Below, in pieces: positions 28,399-37,973 of a DNA stretch of 48,762 bases. Source of the DNA: Actinomycetes bacterium (lineage in GTDB: Bacteria > Actinomycetota > Actinomycetes > S36-B12); contig CBFHQG010000005.1 of the NCBI GenBank assembly GCA_965657825.1, forward strand, positions 1 to 48,762. Reading direction: 5' to 3'. The translations under genes were made by a program, and so were the position numbers. The stretch's first letter is position 1, and every line of letters starts with the position of its first letter. The notes under the pieces were generated by a model, which saw only the letters and a program-made list of their open reading frames with translations, was not told the DNA's origin and did no database searches.

Positions 28399-29454
28399 AT
28401 GGAACCCTCGCCCGAAATGCCCCAGCAGTACGTGCCCGATCCGCACCGCTATGACGGTCGGATGCCGCAGCGACGATGCGGTCGCAGTGGACTGCACCTG
28501 CCAGCGGTGACCATCGGGTGCTGGTGGAACTTCGGCGATGACACCCCGCTGATGACCCAGCGCGAGATGCTGCACACCGCATTCGACCTCGGCATCACCC
28601 ACTTCGACCTCGCCAATAACTACGGCCCGCCCTACGGCTCAGCCGAGAAGAACGTCGGACGCATCCTGCGCGAGGACTTCGCGAACCTGCGCGATGAACT
28701 CATCATCTCCTCCAAGGCCGGCTGGGATATGTGGCCTGGGCCCTACGGCGATCTCGGTTCGCGCAAATACCTGCTCGCCAGTCTCGATGCGAGCCTCGAT
28801 CGACTCGGACTCGACTACGTCGACATCTTCTATCACCATCGCCCCGACGAGAACACGCCGTTAGAGGAGTCGATGGGAGCGCTGGCGACAGCGGTGGCGC
28901 AGGGCAAAGCACTGTACGTCGGCATCTCGTCCTACTCACCCTCGCGCACGGCGCGGGCAGCGCGCATCCTCGCCGAGATGGGCGTGCCACTGCTGATCCA
29001 CCAGCCGTCGTATTCGATGTTCAATCGCTGGATCGAGGAAGGACTGCTCGACACCCTCGAGGAGTTGGGCATCGGTGCGATCACGTTCTCGCCACTCGCC
29101 CAGGGGTTGCTCACCGACCGGTACGCCAACGGCATCCCCGAGGGTGCACGTCCCACCCAGGGCAAGAGCTTCGATCCGCAGTTGGCGACACCGGACAACC
29201 TCGAGCGGGTGCGCGGGCTCGCGGCGATCGCCGCAGCACGCGGGCAGAGCCTCGCGCAGATGGCGGTGTCATGGACCCTGCGAGACGACCGCGTGACCTC
29301 GACTCTCGTGGGTGCGTCGAGTGCGACCCAACTTCGTGAGACTGCAGCGGCGGCGTCACGTACCGACTTCACCGATGCCGAGATCATCGCGATCGACGAG
29401 TTCGCCGTCGAGGGCGGTGTCGACCTGTGGCGCTGGGTGTCGCGTTTCAGTTAA
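28399..29454 (+). CDS. Aldo/keto reductase, L-glyceraldehyde 3-phosphate reductase (YghZ/Gpr)-like
   Basis: GITHFDLANNYGPPYGSAE, SSKAGWDMWPGPYG, GKALYVGISSY, IHQPSYSM. Confidence 0.9.
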   Translation: MEPSPEMPQQYVPDPHRYDGRMPQRRCGRSGLHLPAVTIGCWWNFGDDTPLMTQREMLHTAFDLGITHFDLANNYGPPYGSAEKNVGRILREDFANLRDELIISSKAGWDMWPGPYGDLGSRKYLLASLDASLDRLGLDYVDIFYHHRPDENTPLEESMGALATAVAQGKALYVGISSYSPSRTARAARILAEMGVPLLIHQPSYSMFNRWIEEGLLDTLEELGIGAITFSPLAQGLLTDRYANGIPEGARPTQGKSFDPQLATPDNLERVRGLAAIAAARGQSLAQMAVSWTLRDDRVTSTLVGASSATQLRETAAAASRTDFTDAEIIAIDEFAVEGGVDLWRWVSRFS

Positions 29455-29807
29455 GCGGAGGAACCGGTCGTGACGCGCCGGACGATGGCCTGCGCGGTCG
29501 ACGCATCGGCCGACACCACCAGGCTTCGGTAGGGCTCGTCATGCAGTTCCAGCACCACTCCGGGATCACGCTTATATAGGGCGACGAAGTTCCGTCCGTC
29601 CCGGTGCCGCAGACCACCGAGGAGGAACAGGCCCGGGACCCCAGCGGGTACCCGCCATCCTCGGGCGGCCTGCCACGGATCGGTTGAATACTCCGCGCGA
29701 TCGATGTGATCCCAGGGGATCATCAGGTCACCCCGCAGCGCATACATCCGCTCCCACCTGCCCAGGTGCACCTCGAGGGCGGCATCGGTCAACACGAGTC
29801 GGGCCAC
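29451..29807 (-). CDS. Conserved hypothetical protein (bacterial PH-like)
   Basis: GTG start VARLVLTD; WER...RGDLMIPW...RGWRVP...PG...YRSLVVS. Confidence 0.65.
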   Translation of the reverse strand: MARLVLTDAALEVHLGRWERMYALRGDLMIPWDHIDRAEYSTDPWQAARGWRVPAGVPGLFLLGGLRHRDGRNFVALYKRDPGVVLELHDEPYRSLVVSADASTAQAIVRRVTTGSSA

Positions 29808-29843
29808 GGGAGCAAGCCTGGCATGCGTGTCGTCTCCGGGCAG

Positions 29844-29865
29844 TGTCGGAGGGCGGTGGCATGCT
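29844..29865 (+). promoter_or_regulatory. RecA-NDp/PafBC-like promoter
   Basis: TGTCGG-N10-CATGCT, 7 nt before ATG 29873. Confidence 0.65.
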
Positions 29866-29872
29866 CGCGGGT

Positions 29873-30748
29873 ATGGCACGCAATTCCGCTCGCGACCGAG
29901 TCCTCGTCGAGGTGCCGACGAATGCCGTGCCCGCCGGCCCGTGGTCGGCCACCAGCGTCGAGTCCTTCACCGGCTGCCCCCTGAAGTACTGGTGGAGCAA
30001 GGTCGAGAAATGGGAGACCCCCTCCACGCTCCCTCTGGTCGTCGGGCGTGCGGTGCACGCCGCCCTCGAGGGCCTGCTCGCACTGCCTCCCGATGAGCGC
30101 ACCCGCGAGGCCGGGGTCCCGCTGCTCGACGCCGCCCTCGTCGACGAGCTCGCCCTCGTCGCCGACACGTCATTCCATATCGGCATCGACCCCGAGGCCG
30201 TGCGCGAGGCCGCCTACACCGCCTACGACGCCTACTTCACCACCGAATCGCCCGATGAGATCGACGTCGTGGGGCTCGAGCGCGAGGTCGCCACCGAGAT
30301 CCGCGGTTTGCCGTTTCGCGGATTCATCGACCGGATCGCCCGGGCCGACGATGGCCTGCGTGTCACCGACTACAAGACCGGCGCAGCCAAGCCCCGCTAC
30401 TGGTGGGGATACTGGCGCCAGCAACTGCTGTACGCCCAGGCCCTCACCGAATCCGGCGAGGACATCGCACAGGTCGAACTTCTCTTCCTGACGTCGCCGC
30501 GAGCGGTGACCCGCCCGGTATATGCCACCGCGCTCGCCCGTGCAATCGACGATCTGGAACGTGCCAATGACGAGCGCGCACGCATGGCTGAGGCAGCCCG
30601 CTGGGAGGCGCGCACCGGTCCCCTGTGCGGATGGTGCGACTTCCGTCATGCCTGCCCCACCCAGCAGCGCAATGCCCCCGCCCCCGGATCACAGGCCAGC
30701 GACGAGGTACTTACCCGCGCCGGGCTGCGCAAACGCGGAACGCCATGA
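29873..30748 (+). CDS. RecB/Cas4-like PD-(D/E)XK nuclease
   Basis: SATS...CP, GRAVHAALE, LERE, GFIDRI, DYKTG, QLLYA, CGWCDFRHACP. Confidence 0.9.
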   Translation: MARNSARDRVLVEVPTNAVPAGPWSATSVESFTGCPLKYWWSKVEKWETPSTLPLVVGRAVHAALEGLLALPPDERTREAGVPLLDAALVDELALVADTSFHIGIDPEAVREAAYTAYDAYFTTESPDEIDVVGLEREVATEIRGLPFRGFIDRIARADDGLRVTDYKTGAAKPRYWWGYWRQQLLYAQALTESGEDIAQVELLFLTSPRAVTRPVYATALARAIDDLERANDERARMAEAARWEARTGPLCGWCDFRHACPTQQRNAPAPGSQASDEVLTRAGLRKRGTP

Positions 30749-32535
30749 CCGAACACCTCGACATCCCCACCTGGACTCCACCCTGGCCGAGCGAGGGCCA
30801 GGTCACGTTCCTGCGCATCTCCGCCTCCTCACTGTCCGGTGACTCCCGATGGACCTGCGCCGAACAGGTCGCCAAGAAAGCGCGACCGCAGATCTCCCCC
30901 GAGCGAGATCGTTCAGCAAGAGTGGTCTACCCGCCCTATGAAGACGTGCCGATCGGGATGGTCCGTGACGCGCTCTACGACATGCTGGCCAAGGGCGCCG
31001 ATATCGACCAAGCCCTGGCTTCTCGCGATGCCGAGGCCCGACGTGAGATCAGCGACCCCACACGCGCAGCCATGCGAGCCGGTATCGAGGGGTACCTCGC
31101 TGTCCTCTCGGATCTGACTCGAAGCGGTGAACTGCCCGCCGACACCGTGGTCCGCGAGTTCACCGCGATCGATGCGATCCCTCCGGCCGGTCGGGTGGAG
31201 TGGTACGGCTGGGGCCTGATGCACACCTCGCGCGACAGCGCGATCCGCGAATACCACCTGCTTACCTGGAGCAAAGCCGGCACCCGCGAGCGCAGTGCAG
31301 CCTCACTTGCGGTCTATGCCCGGATCGCCGCCGATGCCGTCAACGTCCACGACGGCACCGCGTGGTGGGAGCCACGCGTGGAGAACAGTGCTCAGCCGCG
31401 GCCCGGCCGCGAGGTGCGAATCCGCGAGATCGGCCTGCTGGACCGATCCTGGGAACTGCGTTACACCGACACCGTCGAGGCGGCCCGCGAGTTCTTCGCC
31501 GCGCACGTACCACCGGCACTCGGTGTGCTCGCCGGTGGCCACTACCAGCCGACGGCCCGCTGCTCATCCTGCGCACTTCGTAGCGCCTGCCCCGGAATCC
31601 CGCGCATGCCCGGGGTGCTCGGGGTGATCGGCGAGTCGACCTGGCCGCGGGCATTCAGGCCCGGTGACATCTCCCACGGCCGTCACTGCACTGAGCAGGT
31701 GTTCTTATCCCGCACCCTCGGTCTGCCCGGGACACGAGGCGAACCCACCGAGGCGATGCAGCGTGGCAATGACGTCCATGCATGGCTCGAGCACGCCCAT
31801 GCCCGCCGCGAGGCGTGCACGATCGAGGACCTCCCCGCTGATGCAGCCGACCCGATCGCTGCGCGCCTGGGTTGGTCCGACGAGCGCTACCTCTCCCGAC
31901 GGCCCTATCTGCAGGCTCATCTCGACGTGTGCGCGCTGGCACGCTATGACGCAGAGAACGCATTCCCCGAAGTCACCCTCGCCGGGTGGGACACCGACGT
32001 CGATGTTGTCGTATCCACTCGCGCCGATCTCGTGATCGCTGACGGTGACGTGGTCGTGGTCCGGGAAACAAAGACCGTCTACGACGCCGACGACAGCCTC
32101 AGCGATTCGCAACTGCTCTATCGCTACCCGCAGATCGCTCTGAGTGTGTGCCTGCTCGCCGACGGTCTCGATCCCCTCACCGGGCAGTTGCTCGACGTCC
32201 CTCATCCTGCGCGCATCGAGTTGGAATTCCTCACCGCCGACGGTGCGCACGTGCGCTCCTTCGATGTCAGCGATCCCGAGATCGTGTTACTCGCCCGGAT
32301 ACACCTCGCCGAGGGCATCGATCGCCTCCTCTACGACAGCCCGACTGCGAATCCCGGGCGCTGGTGCACCTGGTGTCCGGTGCAGCGCTGGTGCCCGGCT
32401 GCAGCCGTGGCAGAGGATGGATCCTGGACCGGCGAGGAAGTGGAGTCCGAAAGTGAGGGCGAAGGTGCGCGCACCTCGCTCCTCGCTCTCGCCGAGACCG
32501 CCACCTACGACGAAGATGAGGACATCCCCTTCTGA
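30745..32535 (+). CDS. Tandem PD-(D/E)XK (Cas4-like) domain protein with acidic tail
   Basis: ATGA overlap with the previous gene; two C...CxxC-x5-C sets; second domain has GNDVHAWLE, PEV, RADL, RETKT, YPQ; ends DEDEDIPF. Confidence 0.8.
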   Translation: MTEHLDIPTWTPPWPSEGQVTFLRISASSLSGDSRWTCAEQVAKKARPQISPERDRSARVVYPPYEDVPIGMVRDALYDMLAKGADIDQALASRDAEARREISDPTRAAMRAGIEGYLAVLSDLTRSGELPADTVVREFTAIDAIPPAGRVEWYGWGLMHTSRDSAIREYHLLTWSKAGTRERSAASLAVYARIAADAVNVHDGTAWWEPRVENSAQPRPGREVRIREIGLLDRSWELRYTDTVEAAREFFAAHVPPALGVLAGGHYQPTARCSSCALRSACPGIPRMPGVLGVIGESTWPRAFRPGDISHGRHCTEQVFLSRTLGLPGTRGEPTEAMQRGNDVHAWLEHAHARREACTIEDLPADAADPIAARLGWSDERYLSRRPYLQAHLDVCALARYDAENAFPEVTLAGWDTDVDVVVSTRADLVIADGDVVVVRETKTVYDADDSLSDSQLLYRYPQIALSVCLLADGLDPLTGQLLDVPHPARIELEFLTADGAHVRSFDVSDPEIVLLARIHLAEGIDRLLYDSPTANPGRWCTWCPVQRWCPAAAVAEDGSWTGEEVESESEGEGARTSLLALAETATYDEDEDIPF

Positions 32536-32578
32536 GGTTTCGTCCGCCACGTCATCGACACCCCTAGACTGACCGACC

Positions 32579-32806
32579 ATGAGCGACAACGCGCCGGCCA
32601 TCCCCTGGTCCTCACGGGCGCCGCAGAAGTACGTCCTGTCCATCATCACGATCGTCATCGGAGTCGCCCTGATGGTCACAGCCGTCGCCTACATCGCCAA
32701 CGGAACCGGCGGAGTGGTGCCGTTCCTCATGCTGGTCGTGGCCCCCGTGCTCACCGTGGTCTATGTGTATTCCTTCCTGTTCAAGAAGTGGGAATCCACC
32801 GAGTGA
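32579..32806 (+). CDS. Small two-TM membrane protein
   Basis: Two hydrophobic segments; TAGACT just upstream. Confidence 0.7.
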   Translation: MSDNAPAIPWSSRAPQKYVLSIITIVIGVALMVTAVAYIANGTGGVVPFLMLVVAPVLTVVYVYSFLFKKWESTE

Positions 32807-33222
32807 GCTCACCTGAGTTGCGGGCTGGTGACGCTGATCGCGATCGGGTCATCGAGCAGTTGCGCGAGGCCTACGCCGAAGGACGTCTGACCACCGACGA
32901 ACTCGACCAGCGCATCGACGCTGCACACCAGGCACGCACGATGTCCGATCTGACACCCCTGACCGCCGATCTCCCCGCTCCGGTCCCCGCCCCCGTGGAC
33001 ACCGATGCCGTTCAAAAGGCGAAGCAGAAGGCCAAGGTGGCCAAGGATCTCCGCTCTACCTGGGCAGCGTGGCTCGGTGTCGGCGTGCTGGTCAACATCA
33101 TCTGGCTCGCCACCGGATTGACCAGTAGCGGATTCGGCTACTACTGGCCGATCTGGGTCATCGGCCCATGGGGCGGTGGTCTTCTCATCTGGCAACTGAC
33201 CTACTGGTTCGGATCGGACTGA
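32803..33222 (+). CDS. DUF1707 (SHOCT-like) membrane protein
   Basis: LRAGDADRDRVIEQLREAYAEGRL...LTADLP; YYWPIWVIGPWG. Confidence 0.88.
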   Translation: MSSPELRAGDADRDRVIEQLREAYAEGRLTTDELDQRIDAAHQARTMSDLTPLTADLPAPVPAPVDTDAVQKAKQKAKVAKDLRSTWAAWLGVGVLVNIIWLATGLTSSGFGYYWPIWVIGPWGGGLLIWQLTYWFGSD

Positions 33223-33225
33223 CCC

Positions 33226-34209
33226 ATGACGATGCAGATGCGTGAACTCGGCACAGCCCGACTGCGAGTGAGCGAGCAGGGACTGGGCTGTATGGGGATG
33301 TCGACCACCTACGGACCCAGTCACGACGACACCAGCACCGCGGTGATCCATCGTGCGCTCGACCTCGGCGTGACGTTCTTCGACACCGCCGATGTGTACG
33401 GGTCCGGACACAACGAGGACTTGGTCGGGCGTGCACTCAGTGCTCGCCGCGACGACATCGTGCTCGCCACGAAGTGCGGATTCGGACCGGACCTGTCCGT
33501 GCACGGCAATCCCGACTACATCCGCTCCGCATGCGATGCCAGCCTGCAGCGCCTCGGTACCGACCGGATCGATCTGTACTACCTGCATCGCGTGGACCCG
33601 ACCGTCCCGATCGAGGAGTCGGTGGGTGCGATGGCTGAGCTCGTGTCTGCGGGCAAGATCCGCCACATCGGTCTGTCCGAGGCGAGTTCTGCATCCCTGC
33701 GTCGAGCCGCTGCCGTGCACCCCATCACCGCGCTGCAAAGTGAATGGTCGCTGTGGACTCGCGACCTGGAGGACGATGTGCTCGCTACCGCTCGTGAACT
33801 CGGGATCGGCATCGTGCCCTACAGCCCGCTAGGTCGCGGATTCCTCACCGGAACCGTGACCAGCGAGGACTTCGACTCCCAGGACATGCGCCGCTCCCAT
33901 CCACGGTTCCACGGAGAGGCTCTCCACGCCAACCTGCAATTGGTCGAGCGCGTCCGCGAGATTGCCGAGCGACATGGGGTGACTCCGAATCAGATCGCCC
34001 TGGCCTGGGTGCTCGACCAGGGGACTGACGTCGTGCCGATTCCGGGTACCAAACGCATCGAATACCTCGAATCCAATGTCGCCGCGGGCGATGTGCGGCT
34101 GACCGATGAGGATCGACACATTCTCGCGGAGATCTTCGCTCCCGGAGCAGTCACCGGAGCCCGGTACGGACGTGCGCACAGTTACGGAGATTCACCGCTG
34201 CCCGCTTAA
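33226..34209 (+). CDS. Aldo/keto reductase
   Basis: [47 protein letters not shown]. Confidence 0.92.
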   Translation: MTMQMRELGTARLRVSEQGLGCMGMSTTYGPSHDDTSTAVIHRALDLGVTFFDTADVYGSGHNEDLVGRALSARRDDIVLATKCGFGPDLSVHGNPDYIRSACDASLQRLGTDRIDLYYLHRVDPTVPIEESVGAMAELVSAGKIRHIGLSEASSASLRRAAAVHPITALQSEWSLWTRDLEDDVLATARELGIGIVPYSPLGRGFLTGTVTSEDFDSQDMRRSHPRFHGEALHANLQLVERVREIAERHGVTPNQIALAWVLDQGTDVVPIPGTKRIEYLESNVAAGDVRLTDEDRHILAEIFAPGAVTGARYGRAHSYGDSPLPA

Positions 34210-35123
34210 TCCTCCGGCTGCGCAAGACGTTCGCGGCCGACGTCAGCGGCGATCTGAGCGAAGCGAGTGGCAGCAGGGGTGCGCAGCGCCGGTACCGGCA
34301 ATCCCAGCAGGATCGACCGCGGCGGGATCGGTGGGTCCAGGGGAAGGACGCGGACACCGGGGTCATCGGTGTTGACCGCGAGAAGCGGCATGATCGCCGG
34401 GGCCAAACCGGTGCGCGCCATCGCCTGCATGGCGCCGTTGTCATTGGTCTGGAATCGGTAGCGTGGGTGCACACCGGCACCGCGCAGGCCGTCCTCGATG
34501 AAGGACTGTGCGGTGCCAGCGGATTCACCGATGATGCCCGTGCTCGACAGCAGGTGCGCGGGGAAGGTCGACATGCCGCGGGTGTGATCATCGGTCGCCG
34601 CGACGATGACGAACGGATCCTCGCCGAGGGCGATGGTCTCGATCATCGGCTCGCGCACCGGACCGGCGAGGAACGTCACATCGAGGTCACCGGCGATGAG
34701 CGAGGCGATGAGGGGCTCGTTCTCGTCCTCCTCCACCACCCGCACCTGCAGGTCAGGGGTCTCTGCGAGCACCCGACCGACGATGGCGGGCAGCAACTCC
34801 ACCGAGACGCTCTGGAAGGTGCCGCAGGCCAGACGTCCCCCGATGCCGGCATGCAGGAGGTCGATATCGGCGCGCATCTCATCGAGTCGGTCGAGGATCA
34901 CCTCGGCGTGACGGAGGCACACGCGCCCGGTGGGAGTCAGGCTCACCGCGCGAGGCCCACCGGGTCTATCGAAGACGGCATGACCCAGTGCGGATTCCAA
35001 GGAGTGGATCTGCTGGCTCACCGCCGCCTGGGAATAGCCCAGGCGGATCGCCGCATCAGTGAAACTGCCCTCCTCCGCAACCGCGCGCAGGGCCTCGAGG
35101 TATCGGATTTCCACACTCGCCAC
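34206..35123 (-). CDS. LysR-family transcriptional regulator
   Basis: [35 protein letters not shown]; GDLDVTF. Confidence 0.93.
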   Translation of the reverse strand: MASVEIRYLEALRAVAEEGSFTDAAIRLGYSQAAVSQQIHSLESALGHAVFDRPGGPRAVSLTPTGRVCLRHAEVILDRLDEMRADIDLLHAGIGGRLACGTFQSVSVELLPAIVGRVLAETPDLQVRVVEEDENEPLIASLIAGDLDVTFLAGPVREPMIETIALGEDPFVIVAATDDHTRGMSTFPAHLLSSTGIIGESAGTAQSFIEDGLRGAGVHPRYRFQTNDNGAMQAMARTGLAPAIMPLLAVNTDDPGVRVLPLDPPIPPRSILLGLPVPALRTPAATRFAQIAADVGRERLAQPED

Positions 35124-35132
35124 ACCCGTACC

Positions 35133-35147
35133 ATAACATTTACTGAT
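35133..35147. promoter_or_regulatory. LysR T-N11-A recognition site
   Basis: ATAAC-ATTTA-CTGAT (T35134 to A35146) in an AT-rich divergent promoter. Confidence 0.5.
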
Positions 35148-35257
35148 TGACACGATCTATTTTCATCATTTTACATGATCTCCCCGCGTGATCTACCGTG
35201 GAATCACACCACCGGATCGTGACCTGCACATCCGGGACAACGTGAAGGAGAAGCCCG

Positions 35258-35509
35258 ATGTCCACCCTCACCCGTTCCTCGCTGCAGACCCTCGGCCAGC
35301 GCGTTGCTGAGGCTGGCGTCGATGTCGATCCTGCAGCCCTCACCACCCTCGCCGCGACCGCGGAGGCCGCCGGAGTCTCGCCGGCCCTCATCGAGGTGCT
35401 GCTCGACGACCAGGCCCCGGGCGTGGTGCGCCTTCGCGCTTTCGAGCGCGTGACCTGCGCCCTGTCGCGCCTGGTCTACTCCCGCGCCAACGTCGCGACC
35501 GCCGCATAG
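35258..35509 (+). CDS. Small hypothetical protein divergent from LysR
   Basis: Strong RBS AAGGAG, GC-biased codon use, 83 aa. Confidence 0.75.
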   Translation: MSTLTRSSLQTLGQRVAEAGVDVDPAALTTLAATAEAAGVSPALIEVLLDDQAPGVVRLRAFERVTCALSRLVYSRANVATAA

Positions 35510-35534
35510 GTCATCCCCTCAGTAGGGCATCCTC

Positions 35535-36443
35535 ATGCGGGTGATGCCCGCTGATCTGGATCCGCAGATCGCCGCTTGGCTCGACTCGGCGCCTCCGGTC
35601 GACATCGACTTCGCTGACATCGCCGCGATCCGGGCGATGTCAGATGCCTACATGCGCGAGACCGGGGGCCCTGCACCCCGGTTCGCCGACCCGCGCGTGC
35701 GTCTTCACTCCGAGCGCTTCGGCGGGGTGGACACGCTGGTGTGGGCGCCCGTCGACCGCCCCTCGCGCGGCACGGTCATCGCCGCCCATGGCGGTGGATT
35801 CATCGTCGGCAGTGCGCTGGGTGCCGAGCGCATCGCCGTACCGCTCGCGGCAGACCACGCCATCACCACGGTGAGCGTCGAGTACCGACTGGCCCCCGAA
35901 CACCCGGCCCCTGCTGCACTCGAGGACATGATCACCGTGCTGGGCCACCTCGATCGATCCACGCCCCTCGTTGCCCACGGCAGTAGCGCCGGCGCGACCC
36001 TCGCCGCGGGATTGACGCTGTGGGCCCGCGATCACGACCTCCCACTCGTCGGGCAATCCCTGAGCTGCCCGGCCCTGGATGACCGCGTTGTCGATGAGGT
36101 CTGGTCGCCGACCTGGACCGCGGACGCAACGCGATGGATGTGGCGGCACTACCTTGCGACCGATGCACCACCGCCCTATTGCATTCCGGCACGCCACGAC
36201 GATCTGCGGGGGTTACCACCCGCGCACATCGTCATCGCCGCACACGACACGTTGCGCTCCCAGGGCCTGAACTACGCCCAGAGACTGCGCCACCACGATG
36301 TGCCGGTGAGCGTGCACGACGCACCGGGCACCGTCCATGGTTTCGACGGTCTACTGCCCGACAGCGACGCTGCTCGAGCCGCAGTCAACGCTCAGGTCGA
36401 CGCGATCGCCGGATGGATCACGGAGGCGTCGGTCGGGCCTTGA
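35535..36443 (+). CDS. Alpha/beta hydrolase (HSL-type esterase)
   Basis: HGGGF, EYRLAPEHP, GSSAG, HD, HGF. Confidence 0.9.
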   Translation: MRVMPADLDPQIAAWLDSAPPVDIDFADIAAIRAMSDAYMRETGGPAPRFADPRVRLHSERFGGVDTLVWAPVDRPSRGTVIAAHGGGFIVGSALGAERIAVPLAADHAITTVSVEYRLAPEHPAPAALEDMITVLGHLDRSTPLVAHGSSAGATLAAGLTLWARDHDLPLVGQSLSCPALDDRVVDEVWSPTWTADATRWMWRHYLATDAPPPYCIPARHDDLRGLPPAHIVIAAHDTLRSQGLNYAQRLRHHDVPVSVHDAPGTVHGFDGLLPDSDAARAAVNAQVDAIAGWITEASVGP

Positions 36444-37872
36444 GCGCACCGAACTTGCGTCCGGAGATCTCATCCAGGCTCTTGCCCATGGTCTCGATTC
36501 GGAATGCCCAGGTGATGATGAGCGCGAGGATCGTCACCCCGGCCAAGGCGAACAGCAGAGCTGGCTGACCGATCTCATCGAGCAGGATCGGGAAGAAGAA
36601 CACACCCAGCGCGGCACCGAGCTTGGCGAGACCCGCCGCGAAACCATGCCCGGCTGCCCGCACCTCCGAGGGGAACACCTCAGCGGGCAGAGCGTAGGTC
36701 GTGGCATTCGGCCCCATGTTCATGAAGAAGTTGAAGATCGCGAAGCCGACGAACACCAGCGCAAGATGATCATCGCCTCCGCCAGGCAGCGCGGCCGCGA
36801 CTCCGAGGATGAGCAATCCCACACCCATGAGTGAGAAGCCGAGTATCTGCAACTTGACGCGCCCGAGCTTCTCCACCGTGAAGATCGCCGCCACGAATCC
36901 CAGGACGAGGAAGATATCGAGGAATGCGGTGCCTTCGGTTGCTGCGATGTCGTCGGCGATGAACGTCGAATTCGGTCCAGCGAGTGCCAGTGCCGCCAGC
37001 AGGGTAGGGGTGAAGATGCCGACGCCGTAGGTGGCGATATCCATGAGGAACCACGGGACCGAGGTGAAGATCGTGCGCCGCCGCAGATCCTTCTTGAACA
37101 GTCGCGGCTGGAAGAGTGCCTGCAGACCCTCACTGGACTCCTCGACCTTCTCCCGGTCCTTGTCGCTGACGTGCACCTTCTCGCCGGTCAAGCGTTCGGT
37201 GACCTCGATGGCTTCCTGTTCATGCCCGTTTTGAGCGAGCCATCGCGGACTCTCCGGGACGCTGCGCCGCAACCAGATGATGACGAGTGCGGGGATGATG
37301 CCGAAGCCGAGCATCCAACGCCACGAGTCGACCTCAGGCAGGATCAGCAGGATCACGACACCCACCGCAGCACCGAGCAGCATGCCCACCGCCTGCAGTG
37401 AGAACGCCGAAACGAGCATGCGGCCACGATTGGCCTTCGGCAGGATCTCAGCGAGATAGGCGGCCGCGATCGGGTAATCCAAGCCGATGGCGATACCGAG
37501 GAAGAATCGCGAGGCGATCAGGGTCCATAGATCCGGTGCCACCATGCAGGCGACGGAAAACACCACGAACATGATGAGGTCGTACTTGAAGATTCGACGT
37601 CGACCGATCTTGTCACCCAGAGGGCCGAGGAACATCGCGCCGAAGATCGCGCCCACGATCGCCGCAGACGACACCAGGCCGGTCTGCCAGGCGCTCGCCC
37701 CGAAGTCCTCCTTGATCAGTGGATTGGCCACACCGATGATGAAGAAGTCGAAACCGTCGAGCATGATGCCCAGCCCGGCAAGGAACCAGAAGCGCCGATG
37801 CAGCCCGCTGAAGCGGGCGTTGTCGAGGGCCTTTCCGATCGAGGGCGTCTTGGCGTCGCTCGTGGTGGACAT
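36418..37872 (-). CDS. MFS transporter (sugar porter/PHS-like)
   Basis: DGFD, GDKIGRRR, PESPRWL, AEVFPSEVR, ETMGKSLDEI. Confidence 0.9.
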   Translation of the reverse strand: MSTTSDAKTPSIGKALDNARFSGLHRRFWFLAGLGIMLDGFDFFIIGVANPLIKEDFGASAWQTGLVSSAAIVGAIFGAMFLGPLGDKIGRRRIFKYDLIMFVVFSVACMVAPDLWTLIASRFFLGIAIGLDYPIAAAYLAEILPKANRGRMLVSAFSLQAVGMLLGAAVGVVILLILPEVDSWRWMLGFGIIPALVIIWLRRSVPESPRWLAQNGHEQEAIEVTERLTGEKVHVSDKDREKVEESSEGLQALFQPRLFKKDLRRRTIFTSVPWFLMDIATYGVGIFTPTLLAALALAGPNSTFIADDIAATEGTAFLDIFLVLGFVAAIFTVEKLGRVKLQILGFSLMGVGLLILGVAAALPGGGDDHLALVFVGFAIFNFFMNMGPNATTYALPAEVFPSEVRAAGHGFAAGLAKLGAALGVFFFPILLDEIGQPALLFALAGVTILALIITWAFRIETMGKSLDEISGRKFGALKARPTPP

Positions 37873-37973
37873 GACCGCAGGTTAGGTCCCCCCTCTGTCG
37901 CCGGCTAGACCTGTCACCAAGTGTTCACCCGCGTTCGAGACGTTCACCCGAGGGCACCCGTAGGCTCACCCGC

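Noticed and set aside
29873-32535. CRISPR-Cas locus suggested by the Cas4-like genes
   Set aside because: No cas1/cas2, effector gene or repeat-spacer array anywhere in the window
14586-34209. Three aldo/keto reductases as one pathway
   Set aside because: They are dispersed, appear to belong to different subfamilies, and such paralogs are common
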